The position numbers were made by a program, and so were the translations under genes. Below, in pieces: positions 55,563-61,801 of a stretch of 64,000 nucleotides of DNA; the first letter of the stretch is position 1, and each line of letters begins with the position of its first letter. The notes under the pieces are model-generated. The model saw nothing but the letters and a program-made list of their open reading frames with translations, was not told the origin of the DNA and searched no databases. Origin of the DNA: Vulcanimicrobiota bacterium (GTDB taxonomy: Bacteria; Vulcanimicrobiota; Xenobia; Xenobiales; JADMJV01); contig JBFWNU010000003.1 of NCBI GenBank assembly GCA_050250895.1, positions 363,302 through 427,301 of the forward strand. The letters run 5' to 3'.

Positions 55563-56151
55563 ACGAAAAATTGTCGACGGTGGTCTGACCGAAGCCGCGG
55601 TGCAGATTGAGGCGATTGCCCACATAGATGCCCACATGATTGGCTCCGGTTTGGTTGTGCTTCCAGATCACCACGTCGCCCTTGCGGATATCGTCGACAT
55701 CGACCTTCTTCCAGCCTTTGCCCTGAAGGGTTCCCTCCAGACCGACGACGGTATCGTGAATACCGGTCTTGACTCCACCCTTTCTGAGAATGGCGCTGGC
55801 CACGCGGGCGCAAGAGTTATAGCCGGGGTAGTTGCCTTTGCGGGTGCCGTCGGTCCAGGTCTGATCGCCGAAGACATGGGCTCGCCCGTCCTTATAAGTC
55901 ACGCTGCTGGGAGCATCCAGGGCGGCCCGATAGACGCGGTCGCTCAGGGTGTTCTTCGAGCCGAACCCCAGAAAGCCGGCCGCCTCCACCTCGTGGTCGA
56001 GAAATCTGCCGACCAGGTTGGTGGCGTCGGCTCGCCGAGGCGATTGACTCTGGGCGGGGGTGTAGTGGGCCAGGCGTAGCTGGGGCAGGCCTGGCTGGGC
56101 CGGGCTGTCGGTTTGGATGAGAGGGGCATTGGTGACAGCTCGTATGGACAT
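55474..56151 (-). CDS. NlpC/P60-superfamily (CHAP-like) cell-wall peptidase/amidase with low-complexity leader
   Basis: NSCARVASAIL, RKGDVVIW, NHVGIYVG; AGGAGG SD; no Sec signal. Confidence 0.75.
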   Translation of the reverse strand: MSIRAVTNAPLIQTDSPAQPGLPQLRLAHYTPAQSQSPRRADATNLVGRFLDHEVEAAGFLGFGSKNTLSDRVYRAALDAPSSVTYKDGRAHVFGDQTWTDGTRKGNYPGYNSCARVASAILRKGGVKTGIHDTVVGLEGTLQGKGWKKVDVDDIRKGDVVIWKHNQTGANHVGIYVGNRLNLHRGFGQTTVDNFSFTGEPEFRALHRETEWNWAIRKVLRAPGD

Positions 56152-56343
56152 AGACTCCTCCTGATCCCACTGTAACCTGGGAAGTTTGTAAGGAAGTTTG
56201 GACCGCCCACCGTTCAGTTTGCCGCGCTGTTACCAGGCGGTCACTTTGGTGACTCGGGTCACCTTGAGGTCGTGCCGCTCCTCACTGAGGTTGGGGCTCA
56301 GGCTCGCTATGCTGGACACATCGAAACACACCAGGAGGAACCG

Positions 56344-56577
56344 ATGCCCATCCAATCTACCCGTCAGCCTCAACCCCAGTCCACGGCCTGGGAAAGATTC
56401 AAGCGCGCCATGCTGGGTGAACAGACTGAGGCCGAGAAAGCCGCGGCGGCCCGTGTTCGTAGCCGTTTCAAAGGGGGAGACGCGGATGACTTGCAAGACG
56501 AGTATACCCGCGTCGATCGCTTCGAGCGCTCTCGGCCACCGGAGCCACTGATCCCCCGACCCGGACAGGATCACTAA
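56344..56577 (+). CDS. Small hypothetical protein
   Basis: AGGAGG SD, TATGCT upstream, followed by a terminator. Confidence 0.65.
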   Translation: MPIQSTRQPQPQSTAWERFKRAMLGEQTEAEKAAAARVRSRFKGGDADDLQDEYTRVDRFERSRPPEPLIPRPGQDH

Positions 56578-56583
56578 CCCTCA

Positions 56584-56608
56584 GCGCCTCGACGAGAGGC
56601 GTTTTTTT
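56584..56608 (+). terminator. Intrinsic terminator
   Basis: GCGCCTC-GACGA-GAGGCGT stem followed by a T run. Confidence 0.7.
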
Positions 56609-56611
56609 AAC

Positions 56612-57376
56612 TTACTTTTGGCCGGCGACCAGTTCCCGGGCGGCCTCGCGCAGGTCGGCCAGACCGTTGTCGAGATAGCTGGCATCTTCGGTTTCGAAGG
56701 CCCGGAGCATCTTGGCGAGAGCCTGCAAGCTGGCTTCGAAGGCGGCCAGACAGCGCAGGCGCAACTGGAAAGTGGCCGGGTCTTCGGTGTGAAAGTCGTG
56801 ATAGCGGTCGCGTTGGCGTTCCAGCGAGTCTCTCACCGACTCGACTGTCTTCTCGAAGGCTTCTCGTCCGCTGCCCTGGCGCCAACGCTCCAGGGCCGTG
56901 GCCACGCGAACGAAGTCCTCGGTGAGCAACTCGGGCTCGGGGGGCGCGCTCTCGCTCAGGCTGACCGTAGACTGGCGGGGGGCGTGCCAGCTGGGTAGCT
57001 GCACCGAACACGAGCCGCAACGGGGCGAGCCCACCGGGTTGGGTTGGGCGCAGCGCGGGCATAGGGCTTTGGCCACTTCTTCCAGGCTGTGCTGGGCCTC
57101 GACCATTTGGGCTACGGCCGCCTCGATGCGAGCCAGGCCGGGGGCGGGCTGCTCGAGGTGATCGGCCAGCCACTCGAGCGCTTCCAGGTGTTCGTCGAAG
57201 GCCTCCACCAGCTGATCACAGCCGGGCTCGTCGTCGGCGCTGGCTTCGAGTTCTTGCAGGTAGCCGGTGACGATATCGGCCACCTCTTCCAGTGTCGCCA
57301 ACAGGTGCTCGGCTTCGATCTCACCGGCCTGATAGGCTGCGAAGGCCTGGCGCAGCAGCTCCAGGGTCGGGGTCAC
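56612..57376 (-). CDS. Helical protein with central zinc ribbon
   Basis: CPRC..N......CGSC between two helical bundles. Confidence 0.75.
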   Translation of the reverse strand: MTPTLELLRQAFAAYQAGEIEAEHLLATLEEVADIVTGYLQELEASADDEPGCDQLVEAFDEHLEALEWLADHLEQPAPGLARIEAAVAQMVEAQHSLEEVAKALCPRCAQPNPVGSPRCGSCSVQLPSWHAPRQSTVSLSESAPPEPELLTEDFVRVATALERWRQGSGREAFEKTVESVRDSLERQRDRYHDFHTEDPATFQLRLRCLAAFEASLQALAKMLRAFETEDASYLDNGLADLREAARELVAGQK

Positions 57377-57378
57377 GT

Positions 57379-57939
57379 CTACAATCCCGAAGGCCGGCCG
57401 GCACGGTTGGCGGCTTCGTGGGCGGTGCGATAATCGGTGTGGAATAGCGCCTCGAAGCGAGCCTCGAAATACTCATGCCCGAGCAACTGCAGATCGCCCG
57501 GGCCGTGGGCACCCTGTTGCAGCCGTGACCAGGCGTTGGCGATCTGCGGGTCGGCGTCGAATCGGCGCTGGCCGTCATCGAGTTGATGGGTGTTGTAGAA
57601 AAGGTGGGCTTTGATGCGGGCTACTTGCTGAGGCGAAAAGGGGGTGTTGGCCGCGATCAGCTCGACATCCCCCGAGGTCGTGCGCACGCGCTCATAGTAG
57701 CCCTCGGCCCGGTCCCACGAGTCGACGGCCGTCGGCTCGAGTTCTCGAGCCAGCACCGCGCCGATCGGTCCGGGGATGGCGCCAGCCACCAGGCCGGGGT
57801 TGAGGTTGGCCGGCCGGACTTGAGGCCGGGCTTGAAGCTCCACCGAATCCACCGGGGCATAGGGCTCGGCGGCGCTAGGAGTCGAGGCCCTGCGAGCAAC
57901 AAGAGGGACGGGTCGCCAGCCTATTCCGATGGGCTTCAT
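57379..57939 (-). CDS. Short leader fused to a polymorphic-toxin-type C-terminal domain
   Basis: AEGYYERVR...DVELIAANT...RIKAHLF...RFDADPQIANAWSRL...DLQLLGHEYFE...YRTAH. Confidence 0.7.
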   Translation of the reverse strand: MKPIGIGWRPVPLVARRASTPSAAEPYAPVDSVELQARPQVRPANLNPGLVAGAIPGPIGAVLARELEPTAVDSWDRAEGYYERVRTTSGDVELIAANTPFSPQQVARIKAHLFYNTHQLDDGQRRFDADPQIANAWSRLQQGAHGPGDLQLLGHEYFEARFEALFHTDYRTAHEAANRAGRPSGL

Positions 57940-57945
57940 GCCCTC

Positions 57946-57967
57946 AGTCTGGCAGATCGGTCTTAAA
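57946..57967 (-). promoter_or_regulatory. Half copy of the direct-repeat promoter: TTTAA-N11-CAGACT
   Basis: 6 nt to ATG 57939; distal repeat absent. Confidence 0.55.
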
Positions 57968-57972
57968 GATAC

Positions 57973-58176
57973 CTATCCCGTGCCGAGGGTCGCTTCCAGA
58001 GTGGTCTGGCGCTCGTCGAGTTCCTCGAGCAAGCAGCGTAAATAGTGCAGGTCGTTGAGGTGGTCGGCCTGCTCGTCCTCGTCCTCGGTGGCTTGCAGCG
58101 CCGCCTCGAGTTTCTCGATGTGGACTTTGACCGACAAGACCAAGAAATGGAGAGCTTTGGACGAGAAGGGTTTCAT
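57973..58176 (-). CDS. Small acidic helical protein
   Basis: 67 aa; AGGAG SD within the upstream stop region; co-oriented with 58179-61718. Confidence 0.6.
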   Translation of the reverse strand: MKPFSSKALHFLVLSVKVHIEKLEAALQATEDEDEQADHLNDLHYLRCLLEELDERQTTLEATLGTG

Positions 58177-58178
58177 GG

Positions 58179-61100
58179 TTACTCCTGGACCGGCACGTTG
58201 AAGTCGCCGATGATGACCTGCTCTTCTTCGCGCTCAAGCGAAGGGTTCGAGCGGGGTTGGGTCGAGACGTAGAGGTTGACGGCTGTCTTGATGGCTTCGG
58301 CGATGGCCGGGTCGGCGGCCCCGCGGGCCCGCTCGCGACTGACCAGGGCGGTCAAGAATTCGGTCGCCTCGGCTTCGCTTTGACCGTGGCCGGAAAGAGC
58401 CAGGTGAGCCACGCACAGAGCGCCGGCCAGGGCGGGCGAGCCGGCCACCGCCATGTAGGTCTCGCCCAGGGCCGGGTTGGCTCCGCTCGAGACCAGCTCT
58501 ACCGCGCCCACGAACTGCCCCTGGCCGGCCATCTTGACGAACCAGTGGACCTGTGGCCCAGTCCAGTTTTCGATCGCACTCAGCTCGGCCAGTCCAGCCA
58601 CTAAATGGTCGCCCTGACGGTCGCGCATCGCGTCGCGGGCGGCCTCCACGACGGCCATGGCCTGATCTGGCCCGAGCCGTCGCTCGACCAGGCCGGCGAA
58701 GCTTGCATAGAGTCCCTTCATGACCGCATACTGGTTCAAGGGAGTTGGCAGCTTTTCATACTCGACCAGCTGTTTGTAGGCTTCCACTCGCTGGCCGAGA
58801 TCGAGCTGGGCCAACGGTTTGGCCAGGAGTTCTTGCACCTCGCTGGCGGCTTTGGCGGCAAATCCATGCTCGGTCATGGTCACCGACAATTCGGCCAGAG
58901 GGGTGCCCTGGCTTTTGGCCAGCAACCCCAGCAAGCCTTCGATCTCGCTCGACTCGAGCCCGCGCCCGATACCGCCGGTCACTAACCGAGCCAGGTCGGC
59001 TGGCTCGAGGGCCGGCTGCTGGCTCCAGGTCTTGTAGGCGCTGGCCACGTCGGCGCCGTGGCTCTCTACTCCGGCGAAGGCCTCCCGCAGCGAGGTCAAG
59101 CGCTGCATGGTGGTGGCCCTGTCGTCGCCGGCTTCGAGACGCTGGCTGTAGGCGGCGTAGGCGGCATCCATGACGGCATAGGTGCTAAACGGAGGCTTGA
59201 GGTCCTCGAGCGCGAGCATACTGGCGAAGTCCTCGGCTCGCTGGGCGAAGGTGGTGGAAGCTCTGGGTTTTTCTAACTCTTCGACGAACTTCTTGGCTTG
59301 CTCGGCGCTGTAGTGCGGTTTGGCCATCAGGGTCAAAAGGCGCACCCGGGCCGGGTCGTGGTCGAGCAACTCGATGAAGCTTAGCCTGTCGTCGCCTAGC
59401 TTCTGAAAGGCCTCGTAGGTCTCGGTGAGGTCAAGCGTTCCCAGACTGGCCGCTTTGGACGCGAAGGCGAGATCCCAGCCCTTCGAGAGCAGCGGAGCAA
59501 GCTTGGGCACGGTCTCTTCCATCTTGCCCTGGAGTTGTTCAAAGACGGTGACATACTCCTGGAATCCAGCTCCGCGCTCGGCCAGCGACCCCCTCAGGGT
59601 GATGGCGTTTTCGAGGGCCGTGTCACCGTGGCCGGCTTTGACTTCTTCGCCAAAGGCGTCATAGAGCGCATGCATCACGGCGTACTTGTTGAGCGGGTCT
59701 TTAAGATCGTCGAGTCCGATGAGGCGAGAGAAGGCCTGGTTGCGCTCGGCCAGAGTGGTGCCGGGCAGGTCGGCGTGGATCTTGGTCATCAGCTTTTTGG
59801 CCTCCTCGGCTGAAAAGCCGGTCTCGACCATTCGCAAAGCCAACTCGCCCGTCTCGGGGGCCTGGCCGTAGAGTTCGGCAAAGACGATCTGGTCGGAGCC
59901 GTCCGTCTTGAGTTTTTCGAATCCGGCCGTGAGCCTGCTCAGGTGCTCGGGCGGTGGCGGGTCCTTCAGCAGGCTGGCCAGCTTGACCCCGAAGTCGACC
60001 GGCACCCCTTCCTGGAGGAAGGCCAGCAGATGGTCGAGTCGGGTCGGGTCCTGGACCATCTCTTGATGATAGACGGCCATGCCCTCCTTGCCGAACTGCT
60101 CGCCGCGGGTGAAGGCGTCGCGCAGTCGGATGGTGCGCTCGAGAGCCTGAGGTTGCGGTCGACCGGCTTTTAGCTCGGCCCGATAAGTAGCCAGCAGTTC
60201 TTCCATCACCCCGTATTGATTGAGCGGCGGCTTCAAGTCGTCGAATTTCAACAGCTTGCGAAAAGCGTCGACCTCCTGGCTTACCGAACTCGAGGCCGGT
60301 GGCTTACTTAAGGCTTTCGAGAACTGCTCGGCGTACTTGGCGTCATAACCGACCCTGGCCATGTCCACGAGCAACTCCCGCGAAGACGGCTCGGCCAAGC
60401 TACCGGCCAGCTCGATCCAGGTGCCGGTGTCGCCAAGTTGTCGGGTTTTCAGTGGCTCGAGCAGGGCGTTGACGGTATCCAGCTGGTCAGGAGCCTTCTC
60501 ATAGGCTCGCTGTGCCCAGTTGTAGGCCCACCCGGCCTCGAGTTGGGCGGTGATGGTGGCCACGCTCTCGGGATGCTGGGTGCAAAACTCCAGCCCCTCT
60601 TTGAGCGAGTTTGCGTCGGTGAGCAAGACATTGCGAAGTTGCTCGACCTGGTGCAGGTCGCCATGGACGGCGTAGGCTGAATAGAGCGCCTCCATGACGG
60701 CATACTGGTTGAGAGGGGCCTTCAGGTCTTCGACCTTGATCAGCTTTTCAAAGGCGGCCACGCGCTCGTCGAGGCTGGTGGCAGCGACCGGCTCCTGGAT
60801 GCGCTTGAGGAACTTCTCGGTGTGTTCAGCATCAAAGCCCGTCTCGACCATTCTGGTCAAAAGCCCGACCTGAGCCGGGGGCAGCTGGTCGAGCAGCTCG
60901 AATCGTTGGAGCTTCTCGTGATCCCTTAGTTGCGAGCCCTGTAGGGCCTCGTTGAGCCGGGCCATGGCCGGTACCGAATGGCGAGACTGCAATCGTCTGG
61001 CCGCTTCCGCCAACCCGTTTTCGGGTTGGCGACCGGGCACCAGGCCAAAGCTCATGAAGAGGGCGGCGTTGGAGGGAAAATCTCCGCTGACCAGGTGGTC

Positions 61101-61718
61101 GAGAACCTCCGGGTCGCGAGCCCGGTTGGCGCAGTCGAGAAACAGCTTGCGAGTGTCGTCGGGCAGTTTCCAGCTTAATTTGGCCAGGGTCTCGGTAGAT
61201 TGCCCGTGCTGGTGGCAGTGGCGGTAGAGTTGGGCCATCACCCAGGCGGGCTCTTCCTCGGCCCGCCCTTTAAGTTGCTCGAGTTGGGCCAGTTCGCCCG
61301 GCTCGAGTTCGAGCCCGTCAAAGTGATACTCCAGGGGAGCCGAAGCCTCGGGCCAGCGGTTCTCGACCTGCAAATACGCCTGGTAGGGAGCCAGCGACAG
61401 CTCGACTCCATGTTCGGCCAGATTCAGCAGGCTTTCCGCGGCCGGCGGGGGGTCGGCCTTGAGGCCGTGAAACGCCAGCAGGGCAGCCAGATCGCCAGGG
61501 GTGGCCACGGGTGCAAAGCTCTCTCCCAGCTTGGTGAATAGCTTTCCGCCGCTGAGTTTGTCTCCGGCCTCGTCGGTGGTGACGGTTCGGTAGGGCGACA
61601 TCAGGCCGGGCACATAAAAACTGCGCCGTTCAAATAGCTCGACCGGGCCTTCCTCGAGGGGCGGCCTGGCTCGACTCGGGTTGGCTGAGTGCGAGACTGA
61701 GAGAGGACCGATTTTCAC
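58179..61718 (-). CDS. Large helical repeat protein (five ~165-aa repeats) with MKI leader
   Basis: Five copies of M...G(F/Y).A....L..P......R..AF..L....DLK.PLNQYAVM. Confidence 0.85.
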   Translation of the reverse strand: MKIGPLSVSHSANPSRARPPLEEGPVELFERRSFYVPGLMSPYRTVTTDEAGDKLSGGKLFTKLGESFAPVATPGDLAALLAFHGLKADPPPAAESLLNLAEHGVELSLAPYQAYLQVENRWPEASAPLEYHFDGLELEPGELAQLEQLKGRAEEEPAWVMAQLYRHCHQHGQSTETLAKLSWKLPDDTRKLFLDCANRARDPEVLDHLVSGDFPSNAALFMSFGLVPGRQPENGLAEAARRLQSRHSVPAMARLNEALQGSQLRDHEKLQRFELLDQLPPAQVGLLTRMVETGFDAEHTEKFLKRIQEPVAATSLDERVAAFEKLIKVEDLKAPLNQYAVMEALYSAYAVHGDLHQVEQLRNVLLTDANSLKEGLEFCTQHPESVATITAQLEAGWAYNWAQRAYEKAPDQLDTVNALLEPLKTRQLGDTGTWIELAGSLAEPSSRELLVDMARVGYDAKYAEQFSKALSKPPASSSVSQEVDAFRKLLKFDDLKPPLNQYGVMEELLATYRAELKAGRPQPQALERTIRLRDAFTRGEQFGKEGMAVYHQEMVQDPTRLDHLLAFLQEGVPVDFGVKLASLLKDPPPPEHLSRLTAGFEKLKTDGSDQIVFAELYGQAPETGELALRMVETGFSAEEAKKLMTKIHADLPGTTLAERNQAFSRLIGLDDLKDPLNKYAVMHALYDAFGEEVKAGHGDTALENAITLRGSLAERGAGFQEYVTVFEQLQGKMEETVPKLAPLLSKGWDLAFASKAASLGTLDLTETYEAFQKLGDDRLSFIELLDHDPARVRLLTLMAKPHYSAEQAKKFVEELEKPRASTTFAQRAEDFASMLALEDLKPPFSTYAVMDAAYAAYSQRLEAGDDRATTMQRLTSLREAFAGVESHGADVASAYKTWSQQPALEPADLARLVTGGIGRGLESSEIEGLLGLLAKSQGTPLAELSVTMTEHGFAAKAASEVQELLAKPLAQLDLGQRVEAYKQLVEYEKLPTPLNQYAVMKGLYASFAGLVERRLGPDQAMAVVEAARDAMRDRQGDHLVAGLAELSAIENWTGPQVHWFVKMAGQGQFVGAVELVSSGANPALGETYMAVAGSPALAGALCVAHLALSGHGQSEAEATEFLTALVSRERARGAADPAIAEAIKTAVNLYVSTQPRSNPSLEREEEQVIIGDFNVPVQE

Positions 61719-61724
61719 CCTTAG

Positions 61725-61794
61725 AGTGTAAACAAGCGGTCCTAAAAAACCCTGAAGCCCATTTCAGGAAACTTTCAACCCGGTAGAATAACCT
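61725..61794. promoter_or_regulatory. Back-to-back divergent copies of the direct-repeat promoter
   Basis: Minus: CTTCA-N6-TTTAG-N11-TACACT-N6-GTG (61725-61757); plus: TTTCA-N6-TTTCA-N11-TAACCT-N7-GTG (61762-61794). Confidence 0.78.
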
Positions 61795-61801
61795 CAACCT
61801 T

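Noticed and set aside
56169-56202. Tenth copy of the TTTCA promoter motif
   Set aside because: Repeat sequence and 12-bp period differ; reported separately.
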